From Deltaproteobacteria bacterium (GTDB lineage: Bacteria > Desulfobacterota_D > UBA1144 > Nemesobacterales > CSP1-2): 64,000 bases of DNA. The stretch covers positions 1 through 64,000 of the forward strand of contig JBQTHB010000007.1 of assembly GCA_052390235.1 (NCBI GenBank), written 5' to 3'. The notes below the pieces were generated by a model. The model ran no database searches and was not told the DNA's origin. It saw nothing but the letters and a program-made list of their open reading frames with translations. The position numbers were made by a program, and so were the translations under genes. Within the stretch, counting starts at the first letter, position 1; every line of letters begins with the position of its first letter. Of this stretch, positions 29,294 to 39,143 are shown one piece after another.

Positions 29294-30241
29294 TTGAAAA
29301 TCCTAAAGCTCCTTGGCAGTCTGCTCTCAAGCTACTTCACCCTCTGGATAATTTTATTCTCCGCCGCCGCTTATATGTATCCAGCCCATTTTGCGCCCCT
29401 CTCGCATCTCATCACTCCGACTCTGGGCGTGATAATGTTCGGTATGGGGATGACCATAACCTCCGAGGATGCGCGCCGACTTCTCAGCTCGCCGAGGGAG
29501 ATTTTCATTGGGGTTGCCGCTCAGTATTCCGTGATGCCCGCCACAGGATTCATCGTTGCAAGGGGGCTGGGGCTTGAGCCTCTCATCGCGGCGGGGGTGG
29601 CGCTCGTGGGGGCGTGTCCGGGAGGGACGGCTTCAAACGTGATAACTTACCTTGCGCGGGGGGATGTTGCCCTATCGGTTGCGATGACCTCGGTTTCAAC
29701 TCTCCTCTCGCCGCTGTTTACCCCGGTGATGATATATCTATTTGCAGGCAGGTGGATTGACGTACCCGTGTGGGGGTTATTTATCTCGACTATTGAGATT
29801 GTTCTCCTGCCCATAGCGCTGGGAATATCCGCGAGGGCTCTTTTCAGACGCGTGGCGGATGCCGCCGCTCATGCCATGCCGCTGGTTTCATCTGTCGGGA
29901 TTATTTTCATCGTCGGGGTGATTGTGGCGGCAAATGCCGAATCCATTGGGAGCTTAGGCGCGGGCGCTGCGATGGCCGTCATCCTGCATAACTCCATAGG
30001 GCTTGCGCTGGGATATTGCATCGCAAAATTTGCGGGGATGAGCGAGCCGAAGAGACGCGCACTGGCGATAGAGGTCGGGATGCAGAACTCAGGGCTTGGG
30101 GTCGCGCTGGCAAAAGCGCATTTCGGCGCGGTTGCCGCGCTCCCGGCGGCGATGTTCAGCGTGTGGCATAACGTCGCAGGCTCGCTTCTGGCATTTTGGT
30201 GGCGGCGGCGGGACGCTCATAAAACGGGTGATGCCGGATGA
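29294..30241 (+). CDS. Bile acid:sodium symporter (BASS/PanS-like)
   Basis: MFGMG, CPGGTASNV, EVGMQNSGL, FSVWHN. Confidence 0.93.
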   Translation: MKILKLLGSLLSSYFTLWIILFSAAAYMYPAHFAPLSHLITPTLGVIMFGMGMTITSEDARRLLSSPREIFIGVAAQYSVMPATGFIVARGLGLEPLIAAGVALVGACPGGTASNVITYLARGDVALSVAMTSVSTLLSPLFTPVMIYLFAGRWIDVPVWGLFISTIEIVLLPIALGISARALFRRVADAAAHAMPLVSSVGIIFIVGVIVAANAESIGSLGAGAAMAVILHNSIGLALGYCIAKFAGMSEPKRRALAIEVGMQNSGLGVALAKAHFGAVAALPAAMFSVWHNVAGSLLAFWWRRRDAHKTGDAG

Positions 30242-31158
30242 GCGAAAGTACGAGAGGCGGTCATATCAGCGGCAGATTTCCCATTGCGGGCTATTTGTTT
30301 CTGCTTAGCACGGCGTTTTTTACCGCTCTATCCTATGTTTTTGCGAAATTCGTGGATAAATCCATAAACCCCGAGACGGTTACGTTTTTCTGGTTTTTCG
30401 GGGCGTTTTTTTTCTCCATGTTCTCCACAGCCCTGATTCCTTCTCAGCGCGCAGAGCTTCGGGAGATTAAAAAATACACGACTATTTTCATACTCAGCTC
30501 CGTTGTAACCGCCATCGGGGCGGCTCTGTGGATTCTGTCCATCAGAACCATAGGCACGCCGCTCACGTCGTTTCTGATGAAATCTCAGACCCTTTTTAGC
30601 CTCTTTCTCGGCATCGTATTCTTGGGAGAGCGCCTCAACCGCTGGGAGACCTTCGGCATCGCCCTTACAATTTTCGGCGCAATCGTCGTGGCGTATCAAA
30701 GGGACGGATATTTGCTCATGGGAACGGCCGTCGCGCTGGTGTCTGCCTTTTTTTATTCCCTGCTCTCGTTTCTCGTTAAAAAATATGCCAATGACCTCAA
30801 TATGCTCACCCTTGCCAATGTGCGCTCACTTGGGGTCTCGGCGGTTGTCCTCGCGTATCTGCTCATAGCGGGGAGGTTTGAAGCGCCGGGGCTTTCGGAC
30901 CTCGCGCTGATGTCTCTGGGGGGGCTTACAGGGGCGTATATCGCCAAGGCGAGCCAGTTTCAGTCAATAAAACTGCTAGACGTGTCGCACTCTACAGCCG
31001 TGATGCCGCTTGAGTCGCTCTTTGTCGTTGGGATGTCTTACTTCATCTTCGACGATTTGCCCTCGCCGGTGAAATTAGCAGGGGGCGGGGCGATAATTTT
31101 AGGGGTCATCTTCCTCGTGATATTCCGAGGGGGGAAGACGGATGCGCGCTCAAAGTAG
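30238..31158 (+). CDS. DMT/EamA family transporter
   Basis: About 10 TM segments in two repeats; FLGERL motif. Confidence 0.85.
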   Translation: MSESTRGGHISGRFPIAGYLFLLSTAFFTALSYVFAKFVDKSINPETVTFFWFFGAFFFSMFSTALIPSQRAELREIKKYTTIFILSSVVTAIGAALWILSIRTIGTPLTSFLMKSQTLFSLFLGIVFLGERLNRWETFGIALTIFGAIVVAYQRDGYLLMGTAVALVSAFFYSLLSFLVKKYANDLNMLTLANVRSLGVSAVVLAYLLIAGRFEAPGLSDLALMSLGGLTGAYIAKASQFQSIKLLDVSHSTAVMPLESLFVVGMSYFIFDDLPSPVKLAGGGAIILGVIFLVIFRGGKTDARSK

Positions 31159-31197
31159 CCCGCAGTTTGCGCCAATTAAATTAGTATAGGCAGGGAA

Positions 31198-32304
31198 TTA
31201 TCTACCCTGAAAATCGGTTCTGAGCCGCTTTTTCGCCTCGTGCCGCTCGCAGGCAAGCTCGATGAGCCTTGAGACGAGGTCGGTGTACTTGATGCCGCTC
31301 GCCTCCCAGAGCTTCGGGTACATACTTATCTGCGTAAAGCCGGGGATGGTGTTTATCTCGCTGATGAAAACATCGCCCGTCTGTCCGTCCATCAAGAAAT
31401 CCACCCTCGCAAACCCCTCGCAGTCCACGGCTTTGAACGCTTCAACGGCGAGCCGCCGCACTAGCGCATCGGTTTTGGAGTCGAGCTTAGCCGGAATTAT
31501 AAGCTCCGTGCTGTCCTCAAGGTACTTCGCCGCGTAATCGTAGAATTCTCTTTTCGGCACGATTTCCCCCGCCGCAGATGCCTGAGGGTTTTCATTCCCA
31601 AGCACGCTCACCTCGATTTCTCTGGGATTTGCCACAGCGCGCTCGACGATGATACGGTTCGAGAAATTGAGCGAATAATCCACAGCCCTGTCCAGCTCGG
31701 ATGCGGATTTCACCTTTGAAATCCCGACACTGGAGCCTAAATTCGCGGATTTGACGAAACACGCCTCGCCTATATATTCGAGAATTTTCTTCCGAATCTC
31801 CCCGCGCCCCGATTCCCACTCATAGCCGTAAAACCCGAGGAAATCCGCCACGGGAAGCCCCGCCTGCCTGAATGCCGATTTCATCACGATTTTATCCATC
31901 CCCACGGACGAGCCAAGCACCGATGCCCCTACAAACGGAACTCCCATAAGCTCGAACATCCCCTGAACCGTGCCGTCCTCCCCGTAAGTGCCGTGTAATA
32001 CGGGGAAAATAACGTCAACTCCATGCTTTAGGGAAACCCCGCCGGAGCAGATTTCATAGAACGCCGGATTGCGAGCATCCAACGATGGCGCTAAAGTGGA
32101 GCCGGAGGATATTTCTATGTTGCCCCCTTGGAGACAGGAGCCGACTGCGGCGCGCCTCCATAAGCCGCTTTTTTCTATGAATATGGGGAAAACCTCGAAT
32201 TTTGCAGAATCCAGATTCTTGATAATTGACCTGGCAGAAATCACAGAGATTTCATGCTCTACGGAAACCCCGCCGAAAACGACTGCAACTGTTAATTTGG
32301 GCAA
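31198..32304 (-). CDS. ddl: D-alanine--D-alanine ligase
   Basis: FGGVSVEHEIS, LHGTYGEDG, GSSVGIS, EINTIPGFT. Confidence 0.97.
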   Translation of the reverse strand: MPKLTVAVVFGGVSVEHEISVISARSIIKNLDSAKFEVFPIFIEKSGLWRRAAVGSCLQGGNIEISSGSTLAPSLDARNPAFYEICSGGVSLKHGVDVIFPVLHGTYGEDGTVQGMFELMGVPFVGASVLGSSVGMDKIVMKSAFRQAGLPVADFLGFYGYEWESGRGEIRKKILEYIGEACFVKSANLGSSVGISKVKSASELDRAVDYSLNFSNRIIVERAVANPREIEVSVLGNENPQASAAGEIVPKREFYDYAAKYLEDSTELIIPAKLDSKTDALVRRLAVEAFKAVDCEGFARVDFLMDGQTGDVFISEINTIPGFTQISMYPKLWEASGIKYTDLVSRLIELACERHEAKKRLRTDFQGR

Positions 32305-32468
32305 CTCAAAACTCCTTGAACCTCCAGAGTTTCAATGAGTTACCCAAGAGGCTTTGGGTTGTCAAGGGTCGGGGGGCGAGGGCGAGCGGAGTGTACTTTG
32401 CAAAAATTGGTTTCTAAGGTAGAATGCCAGCTAAAATTCTCAACAATAGATTTAAGGAGGTTAAAACA

Positions 32469-33656
32469 ATGCAGAAAGTCGTGATATGCGAACCGCTCAG
32501 GACGGCTATCGGGGCGTTTGGCGGCTCATTAAAGGATTTTCCAGCCGTAACGCTCGGCTCTACAGTCGTAAAAGAGGTACTAAGCCGCTCTGAAATTGAC
32601 CCAAAAGAGATTAACGATTGCATTCTGGGAAATATTCTCGGCGCAGGGCAGGGGATGAACCCCTCGAGACAGGTCGCGCTCGGCGCTGGGCTTAACGTGC
32701 AGACCCCGGCGTTTACAATTAATAGAGTATGCGGCTCTGGCGTGCAGTCAGTGGCTCTCGCCGCCCAGGCAATCAAAGCCGGAGATGCCGACGTCGTCAT
32801 CGCTGGCGGCATCGAGAACATGAGCGCCGCCCCGTTCTATCTACCGAAGGCGCGCTACGGCTACAGAATGGCTATGCCCAAGGACGAAATCACCGACGGC
32901 ATGGTCTATGACGGGCTCTGGGACATTTTCAACAACTACCACATGGGAGTAACCGCCGAGAACCTCGCCGAGATTTATAACATCTCAAGGCAGGAGCAAG
33001 ACGAGTTTTCCTACAAGAGCCAGATGAAGGCAAAAGCCGCTATTGAGTCCGGCAGATTCAAAGACGAAATCGTCCCAATAATGATTCCGCAGAGAAAAGG
33101 CGACCCGCTCGCGTTTGAAAAGGACGAACACGCAAAAGCCGACACCACGCCCCAGAGCCTTGCCGGGCTTCGTCCCGTGTTTAAAGTGGGCGGAACTGTA
33201 ACGGCGGGAAACGCATCGGGCATCAACGACGGAGCGGCGGCGATGATAGTTGCCAGCGAAGCCAAGGCAAAAGCCCTTGGGCTAAAGCCGATGGCGTCCA
33301 TCGTGGCTTACGCCGTTGCGGGAGTGGAGCCGTCCGTAATGGGAATTGGCCCAGTGCCTGCGATTCAGAAGGTGCTAGACAAGGCCGGTCTGTCCTTAGA
33401 CGACATTGACCTTTTTGAACTCAATGAGGCGTTTGCCGTGCAATCTCTTGCCGTGCTACGCGACCTTCCGATACCGAGCGAGAAGATTAATGTCAACGGA
33501 GGGGCGATTGCCCTTGGGCATCCGATAGGGGCTTCGGGAACAATTATCCTCGTAAAGCTCGTCCATGAAATGAAAAAGAGAAAGGTGAAAAGAGGGCTTG
33601 CCTCCCTTTGCATCGGCGGCGGTATGGGTATCGCCATTATTGTCGAGAGAGCTTAG
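32469..33656 (+). CDS. Acetyl-CoA C-acetyltransferase (thiolase)
   Basis: NRVCGSG, NEAFA, GHPIGASG, LCIGGGMG; RBS AAGGAGG before ATG 32469. Confidence 0.96.
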   Translation: MQKVVICEPLRTAIGAFGGSLKDFPAVTLGSTVVKEVLSRSEIDPKEINDCILGNILGAGQGMNPSRQVALGAGLNVQTPAFTINRVCGSGVQSVALAAQAIKAGDADVVIAGGIENMSAAPFYLPKARYGYRMAMPKDEITDGMVYDGLWDIFNNYHMGVTAENLAEIYNISRQEQDEFSYKSQMKAKAAIESGRFKDEIVPIMIPQRKGDPLAFEKDEHAKADTTPQSLAGLRPVFKVGGTVTAGNASGINDGAAAMIVASEAKAKALGLKPMASIVAYAVAGVEPSVMGIGPVPAIQKVLDKAGLSLDDIDLFELNEAFAVQSLAVLRDLPIPSEKINVNGGAIALGHPIGASGTIILVKLVHEMKKRKVKRGLASLCIGGGMGIAIIVERA

Positions 33657-33843
33657 TTTAACCCTAACGCGTCGGGCTGGGGAATTGTCAGCGCCTCAGC
33701 CCGATTTGCCGCTTTGTCCGGTTGTCAGAATCCATCCGCTGTTTCCCTCGAATCGAGCTTCATTATGTGTTAGAATCACACGCGGCGTCGTTTGTCGAAT
33801 CTATTCGATGCCGCTAGGACTTCTCTAATCTCAAGGAGGAAAA

Positions 33844-35199
33844 TTGATTTCTATTGTCTTAGGTCTCGCGGCTGTAGTTTTTCTAGTTCTGCTTAACGGT
33901 TTCTTTGTCGCCGCCGAATTTGCTTTGGTGAGTGTGCGCAAATCCAAAATTGATCAGCTCGTAAATGAAGGAAGCGCCCGCGCGCGGCTAGTACAGAAGG
34001 CTATTGCTCATCTGGATACGTATATCGCCGCAACGCAGCTCGGAATCACTATGTCTTCTCTCGCCCTTGGATTCATCGGAGAGCCTGCCGTAGCGGTTTT
34101 AATTGAGCCTCTGCTCGCGAGGTTTCTGCCTCCCGAAGGAGTCTATTTCACCTCTCACGGAGTGGCTCTGGTGATTGCCTTCTCCATTGCCACTGCCCTT
34201 CACATTGTCATCGGAGAGCTTGCCCCCAAGAGCATCGCCCTTCAGCGGCCCGACGGTACGGCTCTTTGGGTAACAGCGCCGCTCGATATTTTCCTTCGGG
34301 TATTCCGCCCGTTTATCTATTCCCTCAACTGGGTGGGAAACGCAGTGGTGCGGCTAATAGGTCTAAAGCCTGTCGCCGGACACGCCTCGGTTCACTCCGT
34401 GGAGGAGCTTGGAATGCTCATACGCTCGAGCAGAGAGGCGGGCGTGCTGGCGGAACATCAAGAAGAGATGGTCGCCGGCGTGTTTGAATTCGGCGCGCGC
34501 TACGCAAGCCAGGTTATGACTCCCCGCACCGAGATTGACGCCGTCCCGATAACGATAGGCATAGGGGAGCTTGCCAAAAACTTCAGCGAGCTTTCCCACT
34601 CGCGCCTGCCGATTTATGAAGATGATCTGGACCATATCCTGGGCGTGGTTCTCGCCAAAGATGTGCTGAGCCTGCTTGAGCGCAGAGTGGATGCCTCCTC
34701 CTTCGATATAAGATCTGTTATGCGCAAGGTTCCGTTTGTGCCTGAGAACCTGCCGCTGGACAAACTCATGGGCGAGCTTCGCCGCAAAAAATCCCATTTA
34801 GCTGTGGTGATTGATGAGTTTGGAGGCACGGCAGGTCTCGTAACTCTCGAGGATATGCTTGAGGAAATCGTGGGCGAGGTGGCGGATGAGTACGACGTGT
34901 CCGATGAGTGGGTGAGGAAATTCCCCGACGGGAGTGCCTCGATTGACGGCTTGATGACGATAGAAGAGGCAAACTCGCTATTCGGGCTTGGAATAGAAGA
35001 GTCGTTCTACGACACCTTGGGCGGATACATATTCGGGCGGCTACAGAGAACCGCTGACGTGGGAGACGTTATCGGGCTTCCCGACGGGCGCACGCTTAGG
35101 GTTACGGAACTCGACGATTTGCGGATAGCCAGAGCGCTGCTCTCTGCAAAGGCCGAAAGCCTCGATGCGGGAACTCAACGCGGCGAGCCTGGATTGTAG
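33844..35199 (+). CDS. CNNM/CBS/CorC (TlyC hemolysin-family) protein
   Basis: NGFFVAAEFALV, GELAPKSIA, VMTPR, DEFGGTAGLVTLEDMLEEIVGE. Confidence 0.95.
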   Translation: MISIVLGLAAVVFLVLLNGFFVAAEFALVSVRKSKIDQLVNEGSARARLVQKAIAHLDTYIAATQLGITMSSLALGFIGEPAVAVLIEPLLARFLPPEGVYFTSHGVALVIAFSIATALHIVIGELAPKSIALQRPDGTALWVTAPLDIFLRVFRPFIYSLNWVGNAVVRLIGLKPVAGHASVHSVEELGMLIRSSREAGVLAEHQEEMVAGVFEFGARYASQVMTPRTEIDAVPITIGIGELAKNFSELSHSRLPIYEDDLDHILGVVLAKDVLSLLERRVDASSFDIRSVMRKVPFVPENLPLDKLMGELRRKKSHLAVVIDEFGGTAGLVTLEDMLEEIVGEVADEYDVSDEWVRKFPDGSASIDGLMTIEEANSLFGLGIEESFYDTLGGYIFGRLQRTADVGDVIGLPDGRTLRVTELDDLRIARALLSAKAESLDAGTQRGEPGL

Positions 35200-35251
35200 C
35201 TTAGAGGGGATTTTTGCTATAGCCGCAAATTAACGCGAAGTTTTGCCGAAT

Positions 35252-35716
35252 CTATGAATTCCCATTTTTGCGCGCATCGCTCAGGGCTGTTTCCACTGCC
35301 GCCGCCGCCGCCTCGGCGAGAGCGTCCAAGCTCTCATTGAACGAGGGTTGAAATACCAGAATTGCAGACTCGGCGAGCATGGCATTTAGATTCCCGTCCT
35401 CGGATTTGCGAAAATCCGTCCTCACCCCTATAACCGGCTTTCCTTTGGCGAAGGCGTAGCCGCACTCCCACGACGTGCCTGAATCCGAATCGCTCCCGTC
35501 GAGTACGGCGATGACCGCCTCAGCCCCGTCAATTGACTCTACGTTGCGCTTGAAAATCACGGAAAAATCCGTCTTCCCGTCCCGAAAATCGGCTTCCGTG
35601 TCCTGCGGGAGAATTATCTCAAGCTCCGGCTTCAACTCCCCAAGACGGGCCGCAAATTGCCTGTTCCAAACCCTCTCGGCTTGAGTGAAAAGGGGGGCGG
35701 CAAGGTATATTTTCAT
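35252..35716 (-). CDS. Nucleoside 2-deoxyribosyltransferase family protein
   Basis: IYLAAPLF, DSGTSWECGYAFAKGKPV, NAML. Confidence 0.92.
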   Translation of the reverse strand: MKIYLAAPLFTQAERVWNRQFAARLGELKPELEIILPQDTEADFRDGKTDFSVIFKRNVESIDGAEAVIAVLDGSDSDSGTSWECGYAFAKGKPVIGVRTDFRKSEDGNLNAMLAESAILVFQPSFNESLDALAEAAAAAVETALSDARKNGNS

Positions 35717-35726
35717 CTCTCCCTCC

Positions 35727-36149
35727 CTAGCTGAATATGCTCCTGAAGCCTTCGGGCACGGGGGCGATTTTTCTCTCTTTATAGTTGTAAAATACGATGC
35801 CGGTCTTCGCCCTCGCTATCTCTCTCGCGGATTTCTTCTCCGAGATTTTATAGTAAAAATCGCATCCATATCTGCTAAATTCCGCTACGGCTATCTCGAT
35901 TTCGGCCACTTCCCCGTAGAACGCCTCCGATTTATAGGTCAGGACGGCGTCGGCTATGATAATCCCCACGCCCTCGATGTCGCCCTCGGTGAATCCGTGC
36001 GAGGCAATGAGTCTTACCCGCGCCTCGTGGGTTAGGCTGAGGATTGAGTCGTGTCCTAGATGCCCCCCGTAGTTTATATCGCTTATGCGTATCGCGATGT
36101 CGGTTGCAAAGTGAAAATTATCGGGCAATTCGAGCTTTACTCTTGCCAT
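35727..36149 (-). CDS. 4HBT-like thioesterase
   Basis: IRISDINYGGHLGHD...HEAR. Confidence 0.88.
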   Translation of the reverse strand: MARVKLELPDNFHFATDIAIRISDINYGGHLGHDSILSLTHEARVRLIASHGFTEGDIEGVGIIIADAVLTYKSEAFYGEVAEIEIAVAEFSRYGCDFYYKISEKKSAREIARAKTGIVFYNYKERKIAPVPEGFRSIFS

Positions 36150-36205
36150 GCGTCTCCTCTTTTGCGGCGTATAATTTTATATCGGCTCATATCTCATATA
36201 TCCCC

Positions 36206-36568
36206 TCATTCAGCCCTGGCGACTCCCGCCCGCATCTGCTCCTTCGCCCCGAATTTCGATGCAAAGTCCCGCGCCTGCGCCTCGGTCATCCCCGCGCCGA
36301 CCATTACCCGAAATCTGCCCTCTGCCGCGCCCGCTTGAATGTAGGCGAAGTATCCGCGCGTTCTGAGCGTGTCGAGTAGCCCTAGAGCGCTTTCGCCGTC
36401 CGGGAAGGCGGCTATCTCTAGGGCATAGCGCGCCGCATCGCCGCTTATAATCTGGCTCATCGCCTCCTCGCGCTGAGGGGATGGCGCCGAGATGATATTC
36501 GCAGACAGATACGCCCCTGCGGCAATTCCAATGGCGAGTATCAGAAATTTGATAAGCATCGAGTTCAT
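36206..36568 (-). CDS. SPOR-domain membrane-anchored protein
   Basis: N-terminal TM; YALEIAAF...LRTRGYFAYI...FRVMVG; start uncertain (36568 or 36559). Confidence 0.65.
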   Translation of the reverse strand: MNSMLIKFLILAIGIAAGAYLSANIISAPSPQREEAMSQIISGDAARYALEIAAFPDGESALGLLDTLRTRGYFAYIQAGAAEGRFRVMVGAGMTEAQARDFASKFGAKEQMRAGVARAE

Positions 36569-36724
36569 GAGAGGGGTTATTATACTCGACTTTCCAGCAC
36601 AGATGTCTCGATGAAACGATATAAAATTTACCTCTGCCTTGATTTTTGCGGGGGGCGGGTTATCCTTTGAGCCGATTTTAGTTTTGAGTCCCCATGGATT
36701 GAGGATAACGAGGCGGAGGCACAG

Positions 36725-36949
36725 ATGGAGAAGTCCGAAAAAGAACACATGAGCAAACATGTGGATATTGAGTCTAAGAGGTTTTTCTTCGACGTGAAGG
36801 AAAATCACAAGGGGAAGTATTTGAGGATTACAGAACTCAGCGGCGGGAGGTCTTGCATAGTGATTCCTCTCGCTGGAATTAAGGAATTTAAAGAGAGGCT
36901 CGGCGAAATAGTGGATGAAGCCTCGAAACTCGTCGAAGGGGATTATTAA
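36725..36949 (+). CDS. Single-repeat PUR (Pur-alpha-like) nucleic-acid-binding protein
   Basis: SKHVDIESKRFFFDVKENHKGKYLRITE..RSCIVIP...EF; RBS GGAGG. Confidence 0.85.
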   Translation: MEKSEKEHMSKHVDIESKRFFFDVKENHKGKYLRITELSGGRSCIVIPLAGIKEFKERLGEIVDEASKLVEGDY

Positions 36950-36956
36950 TATTTCC

Positions 36957-36986
36957 TTGCCTTTTGTTTGGGAATTGGGCTAAAAT
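36957..36986 (+). promoter_or_regulatory. Putative promoter of tRNA-Val
   Basis: TTGCCT-N18-TAAAAT, 12 nt before the tRNA. Confidence 0.5.
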
Positions 36987-36998
36987 CACGGCAATATC

Positions 36999-37073
36999 GG
37001 GCGGTTAACTCAGCGGTAGAGTGCCATCCTCACACGGTGGAAGCCACTGGTTCGATCCCAGTACCGCCCACCA
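36999..37073 (+). tRNA. tRNA-Val (anticodon CAC)
   Basis: Acceptor GGGCGGT/ACCGCCC, anticodon arm CCATC-CT CAC AC-GGTGG, T-loop GGTTCGATCC, encoded CCA. Confidence 0.97.
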
Positions 37074-37134
37074 CCTTCTTTCCACTCTCATCTGTATATC
37101 TTTAATCTTAAACTACTTGCCGAGGAGGGGATAA

Positions 37135-37446
37135 ATGACTAAGAACGAGCTTACGGCGGAATTTGAAGCCGTGGTGAATGAATTTATTAAGAGCCATATC
37201 GCGGAGCTTGCCCAGATGGTAAGCTGGGCTAAGATGCCGGAGAGCGATATGATTTTTGGCAACGCCGACCTCAGCTCTCTGGATTTTGTTCTTGCTCTCC
37301 TGCGCGCATTCAAGAAAAACGGCGCGAGAGTGATTGACGCCGGCGCTTGGCAGCCATTTCCCAACTTCGCCTTTCCTGTCAATTTCCCCTTGGATAAGCT
37401 CCACCCCGAAGAAACCATTGACTGGAACTCAGAACTCGGTCTCTGA
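37135..37446 (+). CDS. Hypothetical protein
   Basis: Strong RBS GAGGAGG; 103 aa; no recognised motif. Confidence 0.65.
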   Translation: MTKNELTAEFEAVVNEFIKSHIAELAQMVSWAKMPESDMIFGNADLSSLDFVLALLRAFKKNGARVIDAGAWQPFPNFAFPVNFPLDKLHPEETIDWNSELGL

Positions 37447-37602
37447 GATTAAAGCCGTATTGGATTGAATCCGCTTTAAAAGTTAGCCTCGCTCCTGCGG
37501 CAATAGGGGCGTCAGAGCCGTTGGCGCGCGCGTGCATTATGCAACGCTCCGCCGCATAGTCCCAATTGCCGCCGCCTGATTGTATGAATAAATCGCTGAA
37601 GG

Positions 37603-37643
37603 GTAGGGGCGGCGCAGCCGGCCTGCCGAGCCGCGCCCCGCAC
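37603..37643. repeat. GTAG-type REP-like hairpin between convergent genes
   Basis: GTAGGGGCGGC...GCCGCGCCCCGCAC imperfect inverted repeat. Confidence 0.5.
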
Positions 37644-37654
37644 AGTGTAGTGGA

Positions 37655-38230
37655 TTACCTCTTCTTGTTGATTCTCTCTATATAGACGCCGGTTCTGGTG
37701 TCAACCTTTACAATGTCGCCCACCTCGATAAATAGCGGGACGGATATTGTCGTGCCAGTTTCGAGTTTCGCGGGTTTTGACGAGCCGGAGACAGTATCGC
37801 CTTTTAAGCCCGGGTCGGTGTCGGCGACGATAAGCTCAACGCTAGTGGGAAGATCCACGCCTATAGGCTCGTTTTTATAGAACTGGATATGAAGCTCCTG
37901 CTGTTCCTTGAGGAATTTGACGGAATCGCCAAGCTGTTTTTCGCTAAAGCCGGTCTGGTCATAAGTCGTGGTGTCCATGAAATAGTAGCCAACCTCGTCT
38001 TTGTAGAGGAATTGCATCGCCACGCGCTCGATGTCAGGAAGGGTAAATGTTTCCCCTGAGCGGAAGTTCTTCTCCTGCACCGACCCGGTAACGGTGTTTC
38101 TGACCTTTGTTTTTACAACGGGGCTTCTCTGCGCCATTTTTGAGTGTGCATACTCTATTACCTCCCAAATACCGCCTTCAAGCTCAATTCTAAGCCCCTT
38201 ATAAAATCCGCTCGTATCAACTACTCCCAT
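37655..38230 (-). CDS. efp: Elongation factor P
   Basis: TDPGLKGDTVSGSSKPAKLETG, VPLFIEVGD, VDTRTG. Confidence 0.96.
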   Translation of the reverse strand: MGVVDTSGFYKGLRIELEGGIWEVIEYAHSKMAQRSPVVKTKVRNTVTGSVQEKNFRSGETFTLPDIERVAMQFLYKDEVGYYFMDTTTYDQTGFSEKQLGDSVKFLKEQQELHIQFYKNEPIGVDLPTSVELIVADTDPGLKGDTVSGSSKPAKLETGTTISVPLFIEVGDIVKVDTRTGVYIERINKKR

Positions 38231-38245
38231 ATTTAAACGCCTCCT

Positions 38246-38434
38246 TTAGTATTCTTCTTCCTCTGAATTGCCATTGCTCCGCTCGCTGCTGCCGGTCTCT
38301 TCAGTCGGGATTTTATATTGTCCCTCAGCCCATGCGCCCAGGTCAATCATTTTGCACCTCTCCGAGCAGAACGGTCTCCACCTATTCCCTACCCATTCGA
38401 CTGATGTACTGCATCTTGGACACTTGACCCGCAT
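38246..38434 (-). CDS. yacG: DNA gyrase inhibitor YacG
   Basis: VKCPRC...[17 protein letters not shown]. Confidence 0.95.
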   Translation of the reverse strand: MRVKCPRCSTSVEWVGNRWRPFCSERCKMIDLGAWAEGQYKIPTEETGSSERSNGNSEEEEY

Positions 38435-38483
38435 TGAGAAGGTGAAGTATGGCTAAGCGGGAGGAATAAAGCAAGCTGAGGGG

Positions 38484-39143
38484 TTAGCCATGTTGCGCCA
38501 GCGAGAGTACGAGGTTGAGATTAATCTCGCTCACGCTGGGAACTATAATGTCGGCGGCGGCGAACTCAGCTTGGCTGAGTCTCTTGTCGGGTGCGGCGAT
38601 ACAGCGCATCCCTGCGGATTTTGCTGCTCTGAGGCCGTTGATGGAGTCCTCGATAACGGCGCATTCCTCTGGCTCTGCGGACAGCTTCCGCGCCGTATAG
38701 AGGTATATATCTGGATGCGGCTTGCCATTTGGAACGAATTCCCCAGCGACAACTGTGTCAAAAAATCCGCCCAAATTAAATTTTTCGAGGACGAATTTAA
38801 TCACCCTATTAGGCGAGCTTGAGGCGACTGCGAGGCTCATTCCCCCGTCCCGAAGCTCCTCTAGGAGGCGGATAAGCCCGTCCATTAGCCTAAGCTCCGT
38901 TTCGTAGATGCCCAGGAGAATCGCGATTCTCTCGCCTATGATGTCGTCCACCGTTTCGGGGAGATTGAACGTCCGCACGAGGAGCGCGCCTGAGTCCTGC
39001 TGGTTTAGCCCTACGATTTTATCCCTGTACGAGGGGTTGTAGTCAATCCCCCGCCTGCCGAGGAGAATCCGCTCGGTCTTCTCCCAAAGCGGCTCGCTGT
39101 CTATCATGACTCCATCCATGTCAAATATCACTGCTTTAATCAT
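38484..39143 (-). CDS. HAD-family phosphatase (beta-PGM-like)
   Basis: FDMDGVMIDSE, KPHPDIY, IEDS. Confidence 0.93.
   Translation of the reverse strand: MIKAVIFDMDGVMIDSEPLWEKTERILLGRRGIDYNPSYRDKIVGLNQQDSGALLVRTFNLPETVDDIIGERIAILLGIYETELRLMDGLIRLLEELRDGGMSLAVASSSPNRVIKFVLEKFNLGGFFDTVVAGEFVPNGKPHPDIYLYTARKLSAEPEECAVIEDSINGLRAAKSAGMRCIAAPDKRLSQAEFAAADIIVPSVSEINLNLVLSLAQHG

Noticed and set aside
35252..35716. Nucleoside deoxyribosyltransferase as an anti-phage effector
   Set aside because: Stand-alone gene in a housekeeping context with a thioesterase; no defence partners.
36999..37654. Integrated element at tRNA-Val
   Set aside because: No integrase and no duplicated tRNA 3' end seen; core genes resume within 600 bp.
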